Below, piece after piece: positions 10,086-20,035 of a stretch of DNA of 64,000 bases (position 1 is the stretch's first letter; each line of letters begins with the position of its first letter). Made by a program: the position numbers and the translations under genes. Source of the stretch: an uncultured Acidobacteriota bacterium (GTDB lineage: Bacteria > Actinomycetota > Acidimicrobiia > Spongiisociales > ZC4RG35). Under the pieces are notes generated by a model. The model searched no databases and was not told the origin of the DNA. It saw only the letters and a list, made by a program, of their open reading frames with translations. The stretch is from assembly GCA_963828465.1 (NCBI GenBank), contig CAWHEU010000025.1, positions 32,001 to 96,000 on the forward strand. Direction: 5' to 3'.

Positions 10086-11258
10086 GTGCAGTCCCCCAAC
10101 ACTCATCTCTACCCCCGATTCAGCGACGTCGAGGTCGAAAGGCGGCGAGCGCTCGTCGGGGAGTTCATGGAAGAGCGCGAGCTCGACGGTTTGGTCGTCT
10201 TCGGCTGGTCGGCACAGAACCGCACCGCCCAGGCCGACGTCTATTACCTCTCCGGCTACCTCGGGATGCGGGACAACTATGTCGTCCTCTCCGCCGGGGG
10301 CGAGACGACACTCTTCGCCCAGAGCTACAACCACGTCCCGAACGCAACCGAGGTCTCCTTTCTCGACGATGTGAGATGGGGTGGCGTCGACAACGGCGAG
10401 ACGGTTGGTGAGGAGCTTGTTCGACGGGGGCTTGGCAAAGTTGGAGTCGTCGGGTGGATGCCATATCAGCAACACGCCTCGATGAGGCGGACGACCGGCG
10501 AACAGTGCCAGTTCGAGGATGTAACGCCCGCGTTCCGCAAGATCCGGCTGAAGAAGAGCCCCGAGGAGCTCGAGTGGCTACAACGGGGAGCTGCCTTCAC
10601 CGATGCAGCCCTGGCCGGGTTGCGTGACGCGTTGAAGCCCGGGATCAGGGAGTACCAGCTGGCCGCGGCGATAGAGACGTCCTATCTAGCCGACGGTGGG
10701 ACGACCGGCTTCTACTACCTGGCCTCCACTCCGATGAGCCAACCCGAACGCTGCGTTCCGGCACAGGTGCTCTCCAATCGGGTGATCGAGACCGGCGACG
10801 TTGTGACGTGCGAGATCGCCATCGCCTATGCCGGTTACGCCGGTCAGTGCCTCCGCACATTCACCGTGTCAGCCGATCCAACGCCCCAGATCGCGGAGCT
10901 TCACGCGACCGCAGAAGACGTCTATCACGGCGTGGCGGATGCGATTCGCACCGGCGCGGGAATCGAGGATGTGTGGGAGGCATCGGACGCCATCTCGGAA
11001 CGGGGATTCACGATCAGGGACGGCCTGGTGCACGGTTACGGAATCGGTCTTCTCCCCCCATCGATCCGAACCAGGGAAACGACTCACGGCGTAGACGACG
11101 ATTGGGTCTTCGAGGCAGGCCAGACGATCGTCATCCAGCCCAACGTGATCTCACCGGACGAGACAGTCGGCGTCCAGGTCGGCGAGCTCTGCGTGGTCAC
11201 CGACGATGGGGCACGCTCGCTCCACTCCTACCCGTTCGAGCTGGTCAGGGCGGGCTGA
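10086..11258 (+). CDS. M24/creatinase-fold hydrolase (canonical metal ligands absent)
   Basis: Creatinase_N-like N-terminus and IRLKKSPEEL..LKPGIRE. The usual D/D/H/E/E ligand positions read roughly E/Q/H/Q/G (CEIAIAYAGYAGQ, VHGYG, IQPNV). Confidence 0.8.
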   Translation: MQSPNTHLYPRFSDVEVERRRALVGEFMEERELDGLVVFGWSAQNRTAQADVYYLSGYLGMRDNYVVLSAGGETTLFAQSYNHVPNATEVSFLDDVRWGGVDNGETVGEELVRRGLGKVGVVGWMPYQQHASMRRTTGEQCQFEDVTPAFRKIRLKKSPEELEWLQRGAAFTDAALAGLRDALKPGIREYQLAAAIETSYLADGGTTGFYYLASTPMSQPERCVPAQVLSNRVIETGDVVTCEIAIAYAGYAGQCLRTFTVSADPTPQIAELHATAEDVYHGVADAIRTGAGIEDVWEASDAISERGFTIRDGLVHGYGIGLLPPSIRTRETTHGVDDDWVFEAGQTIVIQPNVISPDETVGVQVGELCVVTDDGARSLHSYPFELVRAG

Positions 11259-11267
11259 ACCCCCCGC

Positions 11268-12254
11268 TCATCCACCCGGAGCGATCGGCTTGATCGAGTT
11301 CACATCGCCGACGACGGTGCCGACGCCGGCGGCAGCCGCCCGCTCGAGGAGCTCGGCCGCCACGATGAGATCCTGAGCGCCGGTACCCACCGACTTGAAG
11401 AGCGTCATCTCCTCCGGCTGGCCCCTGCCCGGTGTATCACCGGCCACAAGGCTGGCCAGGTCTTCGGCGTGCTCGGGCTGGAAGCCGTGGTTCGACACAG
11501 CCTGATATGCGTCGCCGGCCTCATCGAAGACCAGTGAGGCCGAGTCGCAAACGACCCGATCGAAGGAGTCGAAGATCCCGGGGTCGATCTCGACACGATC
11601 CCTGCTGGCCGGCCCCACCGAATTCACATGTATGCCGGGGTGGAGATGCTCGGCCCGAAGCACGGGGGCCGTCGCCTTGGTGGCGAGTGTGATCATCTCG
11701 GCACCCCGGAGGGCATCCTCGAGGGTCGGTGAGTCGACGAGACGACCGGAGACGAACCGCGACATCTCATCCACGAACGCTCGCCGGTTCTCCGGAGTCC
11801 TGGCGAACACGTGAACTTCGGCCGCAGGCCGCACAAGCTCGAGTGCGCGAAGCTGGCCCCGGGCCACCGGCCCGGTGCCCACGATGGCCGCTACTCCCAC
11901 ATCTCGGGGCGTGAGAAGGTCGGTGGCAAGGGCGGACACGGCACCGGTGCGAAGGTTGGTGATTTCCAGGGCATCGACGATGCCGATCAACTCTCCGGTG
12001 CTGAGCCGATGAACGTAGATCGTGTATCTCATCCCCACTCCGGTGGTCCGGTGAAGGACTTTGAACCCGAGCAGGTCCTCCCCGGCGACGAACGCGGGTA
12101 GAGAGCGAAGCCATCCCTTGGGATGGGTCAGATCGATTCGGCCAAGACCGATCTGTTCCGACCCCATCGGCAGTGAGAAAAGACGACGTATGGCGTCGAG
12201 GACCATCTCGTCATCAATCAGCTGGTCTACGTCGGCCGTATCCAGGATCCTCAT
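11268..12254 (-). CDS. Ornithine cyclodeaminase / mu-crystallin family protein
   Basis: TNLRTGAVSALAT, GTGPVA, HVNSVG, FKSVGTGAQD. Start is ATG 12254. Confidence 0.9.
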   Translation of the reverse strand: MRILDTADVDQLIDDEMVLDAIRRLFSLPMGSEQIGLGRIDLTHPKGWLRSLPAFVAGEDLLGFKVLHRTTGVGMRYTIYVHRLSTGELIGIVDALEITNLRTGAVSALATDLLTPRDVGVAAIVGTGPVARGQLRALELVRPAAEVHVFARTPENRRAFVDEMSRFVSGRLVDSPTLEDALRGAEMITLATKATAPVLRAEHLHPGIHVNSVGPASRDRVEIDPGIFDSFDRVVCDSASLVFDEAGDAYQAVSNHGFQPEHAEDLASLVAGDTPGRGQPEEMTLFKSVGTGAQDLIVAAELLERAAAAGVGTVVGDVNSIKPIAPGG

Positions 12255-12256
12255 GC

Positions 12257-13279
12257 TCAGACGGGGTTGCGGCCGATGAAGAAATCCGCGAACGGCTCGT
12301 CCCCCGGTGCGATCCCGGCTTTCCGGGCACCTTCCGCCGAGGTTCTCATCTGACTCTCGGACAACTTCATTGCCGGCTGGCGGATCGGCCCTCCGTTGTA
12401 CCCGTTGAGCCAGGCCTGGAACTTCCACAGGTAGCGGTGCACGAAGTTCGATCCACCCGAGCTCATGGTCACCGAGCGAGCGTCTCGAGCCGGCTGAATT
12501 CGCCAGTAATCGCCCATGGCCTCCTCCGTCTTCCCGGCGCGGAGCATGTCGAGGAGTCGCGGGACGTACGACCCGTAGTACTCGTAGTTGCTCGTCCCCA
12601 TCCACTGCATGTCGAAGATGTCCACCCACATCGGGGCGTTGAACTCCATCGGGTCGGACAAGAGCACGTCGGCATCCTGCAGGCGTCTGAATGTCTCGTA
12701 CGTGTTCATCGTCTGCTGCCGGCCCAGCTCGTACTTGACAGCCACGATGGTGTCGATCCCGGCCAACCGGTCGAGCACGTCGGCAGGGAACCCGTGAACA
12801 TCGAGACGCCGCAGGTTGGAGTGCTCGACGACGAAGAGGACGACCGCGAGATCCGTGGCCCGGCAGATGTCGACCGTGTAGCCCTCGACCTCCTGCGCCG
12901 ATGAGGGATAAAAGCTGTTCGGGTGCCCGAGCAGCAGTCCGTCGACACCAAGGGCGCGAGCGTCGTTGGCCATGTCGATGATGTCGCCGGGCGTGTCGAA
13001 CACCCCCTGCAGCAGGAAGCGATGCTCCCCCGACGCCTCGTCGAGGGCGATCTCCATGAATGTGCGCATCTCGTCGAGAGTCGTGCCCGCCTCGGAGACG
13101 AGAAGGGCGCCCCAGAACCCGAGCTCGATGTTGCGTCGCACATCGTGGCGAATCGCGGCCTCGTTCAGCGACCTGAGATCCGATGTATATGAGGGGATGA
13201 TCACATTGCATGCCCCATGGAACGTCTCCCTCGCCCAGGCCTTGGCCTCTCCTCTGGTGTATTCAGGCTGCTTCGGCAT
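12257..13279 (-). CDS. DapA/N-acetylneuraminate-lyase superfamily class I aldolase, divergent (not DapA)
   Basis: TIM-barrel pattern with the Schiff-base Lys in IVAVKYE and C-terminal GGPIRQP. GTTGE is replaced by VSEAG. Confidence 0.75.
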   Translation of the reverse strand: MPKQPEYTRGEAKAWARETFHGACNVIIPSYTSDLRSLNEAAIRHDVRRNIELGFWGALLVSEAGTTLDEMRTFMEIALDEASGEHRFLLQGVFDTPGDIIDMANDARALGVDGLLLGHPNSFYPSSAQEVEGYTVDICRATDLAVVLFVVEHSNLRRLDVHGFPADVLDRLAGIDTIVAVKYELGRQQTMNTYETFRRLQDADVLLSDPMEFNAPMWVDIFDMQWMGTSNYEYYGSYVPRLLDMLRAGKTEEAMGDYWRIQPARDARSVTMSSGGSNFVHRYLWKFQAWLNGYNGGPIRQPAMKLSESQMRTSAEGARKAGIAPGDEPFADFFIGRNPV

Positions 13280-13294
13280 GGCCCGGACTGTATT

Positions 13295-13348
13295 CGCACA
13301 AACGTATGCGCTGCTAGCGTCGGGTCATCTGGTGCAATCCATTGCGGA
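13295..13348. promoter_or_regulatory. Tandem LacI-type operators (sites 4a and 4b)
   Basis: CGCACAAACGTATGCGCT (13295-13312) and GGTGCAATCCATTGCGGA (13331-13348) between the two divergent aldolase genes. Confidence 0.65.
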
Positions 13349-13391
13349 AACTCACGGCCCTGATCCGTGAGGAGAGAGGAGGTCACCGAAC

Positions 13392-14375
13392 ATGACTGCG
13401 CTGAGCCCCGCCAAGGAGACGGCGTTCGAAAAGATCACCGGGCTTTGGATCGCGATTCCCACCCCGTTCACACCATCGGGGGAGATCGACGAGGGGACGC
13501 TTCGCAAGACCGTCGACTACTACATCGACGGCCTGGCAGTGGATGGCATCTTCTGCGGTGGGGTGATGGGCGAGTTCTGGTCGATGACGATCGAGGAGCG
13601 GGCCCGTGTCCACGAGCTGGTGGTCGGTGCTGCTGCCGGACGGGTGCCGATCATGGCGCACATCGGGCATCACGTGTACTCGGAGGCAGCCAGATTGAGC
13701 CGGCATGCCGAGGAGATCGGCGCTGACTTCGTGATCGCGATCAACCCTTACTTCCCAATCAAGCCGACTGACGACATCGTGCGTGATTGGTACCGGCGGC
13801 TCACCTCGGAGTCCGCGGTGCCCTTCTTTCTCTTCAACACCTCCTACTCGGGGTATGCGCTGAGCCCGCAACTCATCGCCGAGCTCAGTGACCTCGAGAC
13901 CGTGTGCGGGATCAAGAATCCGAAGCCGATGGAGCATTTGCTCGAGGTCAAGGACCTGGTGGGCGACCGGATCGTGGTCTGTGACGCCGATGAGGGGGAC
14001 TGGCTCGGACTGCACCTGGATCATGGCTTCCCGGCACTGATGTCGACACCTGCTCTCGCCATGTATCAGACACCTGACCGCCGCCCCATCCTGGACTACA
14101 CACGGCTCGCTGACGCAGGGGACATCGATGGGGCCTGGGCCCTACAGAAGACCCTGGACCGGGAGCGCGATGCATTCGAGCGATGGATGCGCGACCAGTG
14201 GCTGGCACAGGGTGGCGGCGCGATCCCGATCGCCGAGCTCAAGGGCTGGCTGGGACTGATGGGCCTGCCGCAGGGGCCGGTCCGCCCGCCGCTGATCCCA
14301 CTCAGCGACCAGCGCCTGGAAGCCCTGCGTGCCGACCTGGACGGGCTCGGCTTGCTCGACTCGCTTGCTTCCTAA
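13392..14375 (+). CDS. DapA-like class I aldolase family protein
   Basis: IPTPF..GEIDE, GGVMGEFWSMT.EER, FLFN (Phe at the usual Tyr position), VCGIK, GPVRPPL. Confidence 0.85.
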   Translation: MTALSPAKETAFEKITGLWIAIPTPFTPSGEIDEGTLRKTVDYYIDGLAVDGIFCGGVMGEFWSMTIEERARVHELVVGAAAGRVPIMAHIGHHVYSEAARLSRHAEEIGADFVIAINPYFPIKPTDDIVRDWYRRLTSESAVPFFLFNTSYSGYALSPQLIAELSDLETVCGIKNPKPMEHLLEVKDLVGDRIVVCDADEGDWLGLHLDHGFPALMSTPALAMYQTPDRRPILDYTRLADAGDIDGAWALQKTLDRERDAFERWMRDQWLAQGGGAIPIAELKGWLGLMGLPQGPVRPPLIPLSDQRLEALRADLDGLGLLDSLAS

Positions 14376-14387
14376 AGGAGGGACTCC

Positions 14388-15662
14388 GTGACACCTGGTG
14401 ATGTCGACTTCAAGGACGCCGTGGGAAAGATGCACACCGAGGTCTTCGGCCGAGTGACGAACACCCCCTGGTACTCCGACGCGGTCTATGAGCGATTCTC
14501 CGATGCCGAATACCAGCGTCGGTTCAATGCGACCCAGGAGAAGATGAAGCGGCTCGGCCTCGACGTGTTGATCGCCTCGGGCGGGCCCAATCATTGGAGC
14601 TGGGGAGGTGGGATGCGTTGGCTCAGCAACCACTGGGAGTGGCACGGCATGTCGGCGTACGCCGTGGTCCCTCCCGAGGGGGAGCCTGTTCTCATCTGCG
14701 GCCCGGGAGGGGCCCACCGTGAGGCGGTCCGACGCGCCACTCCCCTGAAGGACGTGAGGCACTCCCGCTGGGGCCACTCCGGAGATGTGATCGTCGAGTT
14801 GATCGAGGAGTGGGGCCTGGCCGACGCCACCATCGGGATCTCTTGTGTCGATCCCGTCTACGGGCATCATCTTCCCGTCGACGAGTGGGAGAGACTGCGT
14901 GACGGGCTCCCCGAGGCCACCCTGGAGCGTGTCGGGGATTTCTTCCACGAGCTGGTGCACAAGAAAAGTCCTGAGGAGATCGAATGTGTCCGCAAGGCAG
15001 GCCAGCTGATGGACCAGGCCTTCTACGCCATGTCCGCCATAGCCCGTCCCGGCGTCACCGAGTACCAGCTGGCGGCCGCCGCCACCCACGCCGTGATGGA
15101 CGGCGGTGGTCAGACCGACTTCAACATCATCGGGTCGACACCGATGAACGACCCCGGCATGGTGTTTGGCAACCCGTGGCCATCGAGCCGGCGGCTGGAG
15201 AAGGGCGACATCATCATCAATGAGCTGGCCTGCGGGTACAACGGGTACTCAGTCCAGCTGGGCACCCCGATCTGCATCGGCGAGCCGCCGGCCTGGATCC
15301 GCGACTTCTTCGACGAAGTCGTCGTCCCCGGATTCGAACTCATGGCGCAGCAGTTGGTCGGGGGCAACACCTGGGACGACGTTATGAAGGCGGGCGCCTT
15401 CTTCCGCGAAAAGGGTTACGACTCGAGGTCGCTGTATCTCCACTGCATCGACTTCGTCAGCCACCCACCACATGTGATGGTGGACCACGTCGTCGCCGGG
15501 GACGACGAGCTCGATCTAGAGGCCGGGACGGTGGCCATGCTGGAGCCGACCATCATCACACCCGACGGGCTGTTCGGGATCTTCTTCGGGCGCACCTTTG
15601 TGCTGACCGAGGGTGGTCACGAGAAGGTGACGAAGTTCCCCCATGAGCTGATCGTGGTCTGA
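14388..15662 (+). CDS. M24/creatinase-fold hydrolase (second paralog)
   Basis: RFSDAEYQRR, KSPEEIE, ARPGVTE, NELACGYNGYSVQ, LEP. The Asp ligands are absent. Confidence 0.8.
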   Translation: MTPGDVDFKDAVGKMHTEVFGRVTNTPWYSDAVYERFSDAEYQRRFNATQEKMKRLGLDVLIASGGPNHWSWGGGMRWLSNHWEWHGMSAYAVVPPEGEPVLICGPGGAHREAVRRATPLKDVRHSRWGHSGDVIVELIEEWGLADATIGISCVDPVYGHHLPVDEWERLRDGLPEATLERVGDFFHELVHKKSPEEIECVRKAGQLMDQAFYAMSAIARPGVTEYQLAAAATHAVMDGGGQTDFNIIGSTPMNDPGMVFGNPWPSSRRLEKGDIIINELACGYNGYSVQLGTPICIGEPPAWIRDFFDEVVVPGFELMAQQLVGGNTWDDVMKAGAFFREKGYDSRSLYLHCIDFVSHPPHVMVDHVVAGDDELDLEAGTVAMLEPTIITPDGLFGIFFGRTFVLTEGGHEKVTKFPHELIVV

Positions 15663-15677
15663 GCCGGGCCTGGGCCG

Positions 15678-16778
15678 TCAGATGATGGTGCCGCCAAGCT
15701 GGGATGCCATCCAATCGTCCACCCACGGCGCGAACTTGTAGCTCAGGTTGCTGACACCATGTGTGGCGTCGTCGACTGTGATCAGAGTTGCGTTGGGAGC
15801 TTCCTCTGCGATCCGCCGGGCATGATCGACTCCGATGAGCGGATCGAGCATCCCATGCACCACCACCAAGGGCTGCTCGATCTTGTCGGCGACACCGGTG
15901 AGGTCTAGAGCCTTCGCCTTTTCCCTGGCCTCCTCGTCTGAGGCGGACCACGAGTACTTGCGGAAGGCCCCCCTGGTGACGCCGGGCAGCTCGTCCCAGC
16001 AGTCGATCCAGTTGTACGGCCCGCAATTGGCAACGGCCGCCGTGACCCGGGGCTCGAAGGCGGCCGCCCGGCACGCGTAGTAGCCGCCGAGACTGGCCCC
16101 GATCAGACCGACCCTCGTCGCGTCGATTTCGTCTCGTCCCTCCAGGTAATCGATGGCCGCGGACACCGCTACCTCGTAGTCGTGGCGTATCGGCAGCTTG
16201 GTGCTGATCTCGCCCTGGCCGGGGCCATCGAGGCTGAGTACGGCCATGCCCCGGCGGAGCAGCGTCCCCCGACCCCCGTGACGCTGCTCTTTCGTCGAGT
16301 CGAGACCGGGAAGGAAAATAACGAGCGGGGCGGGACCGCCGCCCGTCGGGACAGAGAGGAGCCCGGCGAGGTCGGCCTCAGGGAACGGGATGCTGATCTT
16401 CTCGACCGGGGGCTGCATGAACGGGAGGACACGGTCATGACACTCGAGCATTTTGGCCAGACCGTGAGCGTGGGCCTCCTCGTCGTCGACCGAGAGGAAG
16501 TAGGACAGGTGATAACAGGCCGCCGCGCTCAGGAACGACGACACCGCGGAGATGCGTCGGCCCTCTTCCCACGCCTGCTCGCCCATCTCTTCGTGGACAC
16601 GGGCGGTGTTCATCCATTCCGGTCCCCAGTCGGGCCAGGTGCCGATTCTGTCGACAGTGGCCGTCAGGTCGCCGAGGGCGATCCCGTGGAGAAAGCGAGC
16701 GGCCCAGATATCGAGGACCTCCTGAACGAGCGGGTCCGGGTGGTGGATGGTCCGAGTGGTGGCGGGATCGACTCTCAC
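15678..16778 (-). CDS. Alpha/beta hydrolase, 2,6-dihydroxypseudooxynicotine hydrolase/FrsA-like
   Basis: GLDSTKE, RGMAVLSLDGPGQGE, GASLGGY nucleophile elbow, FEPR, HG..D, and a C-terminal His. Length and motif order match DHPONH as recalled. Confidence 0.82.
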   Translation of the reverse strand: MRVDPATTRTIHHPDPLVQEVLDIWAARFLHGIALGDLTATVDRIGTWPDWGPEWMNTARVHEEMGEQAWEEGRRISAVSSFLSAAACYHLSYFLSVDDEEAHAHGLAKMLECHDRVLPFMQPPVEKISIPFPEADLAGLLSVPTGGGPAPLVIFLPGLDSTKEQRHGGRGTLLRRGMAVLSLDGPGQGEISTKLPIRHDYEVAVSAAIDYLEGRDEIDATRVGLIGASLGGYYACRAAAFEPRVTAAVANCGPYNWIDCWDELPGVTRGAFRKYSWSASDEEAREKAKALDLTGVADKIEQPLVVVHGMLDPLIGVDHARRIAEEAPNATLITVDDATHGVSNLSYKFAPWVDDWMASQLGGTII

Positions 16779-17833
16779 CGGAGGGCCCCCGCTTGCTCCA
16801 CCATCGGCGCCACCGGCACAGCCTCGCCGTTTCGCTTCGACGACTCGAGAGCGGCATGGACCACGGCGAGGGCTCTGATCGCTTCGAGGGCACCCACCTC
16901 GATCTCCGCCTCCCCTCTGATGGCGAGAGCGAACTCGTCTAACTGCTCCCGGAACATGTCGGTGTGAGGCATGTCGACGGGAGGTCGGGTCGACTCCCGG
17001 TATGCCTGGCTGACGAGAGTGCTCTTCGAGTCCACGAAATGGGACTCATCCCAGTTGTTGAAGTCGAGGTCGTAGAAGAGGTTGGCCTCCGTGCCCTGCA
17101 GGCGCAGCTGATAGACCCCTGGCGAGGCCCAGCCGGTGCCCAGATACCCGAGAGGGCCGGACTCGAACTCCAGAATCGACATGATCGCGTCCGGCACCTC
17201 CGACTTGGTGTACAGCTTGCGCGCATGGCTCGACACTGAAGCGACCGGGCCGAGGAGATACTGGAGATTGTCGGCGTGGTGGACACCGAGCTGGATCATC
17301 GCCCCGCCTGGGCTCTTGTCGGCGTACCAGCGCCAGGTGTCGGTGGTCAGCTCCAGGCCGCGCTCGTTCGAGAAGTTGGCCTCTGCGAGCGACACCTGGC
17401 CGATCTTGCCGGTCTCTATCCACTGCTTCATGGCCCGGTGCCCCCCGAGTCGTCGGGCACTGTGACCGACTGCGAAAGCTTTGCCGGATGCGGCCGCCGC
17501 TCTGGCTATCTCACCGGCGTCCTCCATCGTGTGGGCTATCGGCTTGTCGGTGTAGACGGCCTTGCCCGCATCGAGACTCTCGAGGATGACGCTCTTGTGC
17601 GTGTCATTCGGGGTGGTGACCAGCACTCCCTCGATCTCGGGGTCGGAGAGCAACTCGTCGAGGGAGGATGCCGCCCGGAGAACGCCGAACTCCTCCTGAA
17701 ACGCTGTGCGACTCTCGGGTGAGCGTGAGAAGCAGCTCGCCAGCTCGATCACCGTGCCTCGTTGTGCCCCCCTGGCGAGCACCCTGGCCCAGCGGCCCAG
17801 CCCTATGGAGGCGAGTTTGACCCGCTCACTCAT
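16775..17833 (-). CDS. Gfo/Idh/MocA-family oxidoreductase
   Basis: IGLGRWA, TPNDTH, DKPIA, GGAMIQLGVHHAD. Confidence 0.9.
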   Translation of the reverse strand: MSERVKLASIGLGRWARVLARGAQRGTVIELASCFSRSPESRTAFQEEFGVLRAASSLDELLSDPEIEGVLVTTPNDTHKSVILESLDAGKAVYTDKPIAHTMEDAGEIARAAAASGKAFAVGHSARRLGGHRAMKQWIETGKIGQVSLAEANFSNERGLELTTDTWRWYADKSPGGAMIQLGVHHADNLQYLLGPVASVSSHARKLYTKSEVPDAIMSILEFESGPLGYLGTGWASPGVYQLRLQGTEANLFYDLDFNNWDESHFVDSKSTLVSQAYRESTRPPVDMPHTDMFREQLDEFALAIRGEAEIEVGALEAIRALAVVHAALESSKRNGEAVPVAPMVEQAGALR

Positions 17834-18215
17834 CGGTCCCCTCCTCGTCGGTCTCGAGGAGAAGGTCGAGCTCCTCGATGTTGTTGGCGAAATCGTCGTG
17901 GGGGAAGAAACACACGAGGGACATCCGCTCGTCTGGATCGGCCATGGTTGCGTGCGGCGTCCCTGCGGGAATGCGGTACCAGGTCCCCGGGCCCACGGGG
18001 TGCACCACACCGTCCAGCCAGACCCGGCCGCGACCCGCTACCACGTACACGATCTCCTCGCTCTGCGGGTGGAGATGCGGTGATCTGGTGGGAACGTGCT
18101 CGATGACGACCTGGCGCACGGTCGAAGCACCCTGGCCCGCGGTCTTGAACGGGTCGGCGGTGGACCTACCGGGAAAGTCGCGAAAATCGAGCTGGCCCGG
18201 GCCGACAACGGTCAC
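17826..18215 (-). CDS. Cupin-domain protein
   Basis: PHLHPQSEEIVYVVAGRG and IPAGTPH metal motifs. Confidence 0.88.
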   Translation of the reverse strand: MTVVGPGQLDFRDFPGRSTADPFKTAGQGASTVRQVVIEHVPTRSPHLHPQSEEIVYVVAGRGRVWLDGVVHPVGPGTWYRIPAGTPHATMADPDERMSLVCFFPHDDFANNIEELDLLLETDEEGTDE

Positions 18216-18979
18216 GACCCGCGTCTCCGCAGCTTCAGGATGGACTCCACCGCGGTAGCGATCTCGTCGGCCACGGTGGCGGCGAACTGCCCGGCGCGCT
18301 CTTGGTCCGCCCAGGCCGGGTTCCCATACCAGCCGTCGTCAGCGATCTCGGTCACGTCTGTGATGTAGCCGTATACCTCTCGGGAGCGACGCATTGCGTC
18401 CAATTCATCGGCGCCTTCCGGCCGGGTCGGCTCCGTCACCCGACCCGAATGGAACAGGTCCGGATCGTGGGCAAGCACCGCCAGGGTCTCGATTCCGCCA
18501 CCATGGGTGAGCTCTCCCCCTGCGGGGGCGTAGATGCGCTGCGCCGTGTAACAGGCGTGCGCGGTGACGAACAGGACATCCTCGCGGTCCTGGACGTCGG
18601 TGGCCACGGCATCGAGCGAGGCGATGTTTCCCTCGTGCCAGTTGACGAAGACGAAGGTCCTCGCCCCCATCGCCACCAACTCCTCGCACAGGTTGGCCAG
18701 GTACGCCTCGAAGACATCCCGGCGTATCGAGATCGTGCCGGGATGCCCGGCGTGGATCGGAGTGACGCCGTAGGGGCCGGCGGACACGATGATGCCATCG
18801 AGGCGCTCGGCGAGCTCCTCGGCAACGAGCTCGGCAGCCATGGTGTCGGTGCCACAGGGCAGGTGCGGCCCATGCTGCTCGACACTCCCGAATGGCATCA
18901 CCACCATGCCCTTGCGACCAATCAACTCGGCCACGTCCGGTGAAGCGAGGTCGTTGATCGATCTGCTCGACATGCTCAA
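18212..18979 (-). CDS. Creatininase-family amidohydrolase (second paralog)
   Basis: GSVEQHGPHLPCGTD, NWHEGN, HGGGIET. Confidence 0.9.
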   Translation of the reverse strand: MSMSSRSINDLASPDVAELIGRKGMVVMPFGSVEQHGPHLPCGTDTMAAELVAEELAERLDGIIVSAGPYGVTPIHAGHPGTISIRRDVFEAYLANLCEELVAMGARTFVFVNWHEGNIASLDAVATDVQDREDVLFVTAHACYTAQRIYAPAGGELTHGGGIETLAVLAHDPDLFHSGRVTEPTRPEGADELDAMRRSREVYGYITDVTEIADDGWYGNPAWADQERAGQFAATVADEIATAVESILKLRRRGS

Positions 18980-19968
18980 CCGATCTCCGCTGCTTCCGGA
19001 GTCACCACAGCGTGCAACGGCGGCTCCGAGTCGAGTATCCGGCGGGCTTCCGCCGCAGCCTGGCGTCGGAGAGCGAGCTCGCTCTCCTCGGTGTACCAGG
19101 ACATATGTGGCGTAAGTATCACCCGTTCCGCGACAGGCTCGAAGACGGAAACATCGGGTGGCTCGTGCTCGAATACGTCCAGTGCGGCAAAGCCAGGCCG
19201 GTTGTCTCTGAGCGCCGAGACCAGAGCTCCCGTGTCGATGAGCGATCCACGGGCAGTGTTCACGAGAACCGAGCCCTCCCTCATGGACCGCAGCTCGGCG
19301 GCGCCGAGCAGGTACCCCCGGGCCGGAGGGGGGGAATGAAGTGTGACCACATCGGAGCCGGCGAGCAGTTCGTCCACGCCTGCGAGACGACCCGGGGCAC
19401 CGCCGAGCGCCGTGGTCACGTCTGATGCCTCGACCGCCGGGTCAGAGACGAGGACGGCCTCGAAACCGAGGCCCGCGAGAAGCAGCGCGACCCGTCGCCC
19501 GATTCTTCCGAATCCGATGACACCCGCCGTCAGACTCGACGGAAGGCGGAGCGGCCGCAGATCGGCGACGCCCCAGGACCCCTCCCTCAGCTTCCGGTCG
19601 GCGGTGGTCAGACGGCGAAGCGAGGCTAGAACCAAAGTGGTGGCATGGAGGGCGACGGCGTCCATGCCGTAGTCGGGCACGTTGACCACCCACATCCCCA
19701 ACGACCGTGCCCGGTCGAGGTCGACGCCGTCTACCCCGACCCCGAGACGGACGATGGCCCGGCTTTCCAGCTTCTCGAGGGTCCCGGCATCGAATCGCGG
19801 TGCGGCTCCGGCCAGGATCACATCCGCGCCGGCGGCGACCGCGATGACGTCTTCGGCCGATTGCCCCGGGCCGGAGACCAGCTCGACGTCACCGAGAACT
19901 CCACGTTCGACGTCGAAATCGCCGAACCGCGTTCCGAGAATCGCCACCTTGGGCCGACGTGAATCCAC
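18976..19968 (-). CDS. D-isomer-specific 2-hydroxyacid dehydrogenase family protein
   Basis: GVGVD, GFGRIG, VNTARG, LDVFEHEP, TPH. Probable GTG start at 19968, shortly after a TATACT box. Confidence 0.9.
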   Translation of the reverse strand: MDSRRPKVAILGTRFGDFDVERGVLGDVELVSGPGQSAEDVIAVAAGADVILAGAAPRFDAGTLEKLESRAIVRLGVGVDGVDLDRARSLGMWVVNVPDYGMDAVALHATTLVLASLRRLTTADRKLREGSWGVADLRPLRLPSSLTAGVIGFGRIGRRVALLLAGLGFEAVLVSDPAVEASDVTTALGGAPGRLAGVDELLAGSDVVTLHSPPPARGYLLGAAELRSMREGSVLVNTARGSLIDTGALVSALRDNRPGFAALDVFEHEPPDVSVFEPVAERVILTPHMSWYTEESELALRRQAAAEARRILDSEPPLHAVVTPEAAEIG

Positions 19969-19991
19969 CGGCCGGGGAGTATAGGGTCCGT

Positions 19992-20009
19992 CGCGCAATC
20001 GATTGCCAG
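19992..20009. promoter_or_regulatory. LacI-type operator (site 5)
   Basis: CGCGCAATCGATTGCCAG with a perfect core GCAATCGATTGC, between divergent genes. Confidence 0.75.
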
Positions 20010-20035
20010 CCGTCTTACGGCTATAAAAGGGGGGC

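Noticed and set aside
12257-14375. dapA for lysine biosynthesis
   Set aside because: The GTTGE motif and catalytic Tyr are missing, the context is catabolic, and there is no dapB.
1-18979. Mycofactocin MftE, or a standard creatinine or ectoine utilisation operon
   Set aside because: There is no mftA/B/C, sarcosine oxidase, EutE/DoeB deacetylase or ectoine-type transporter in the window. Only the folds are shared.
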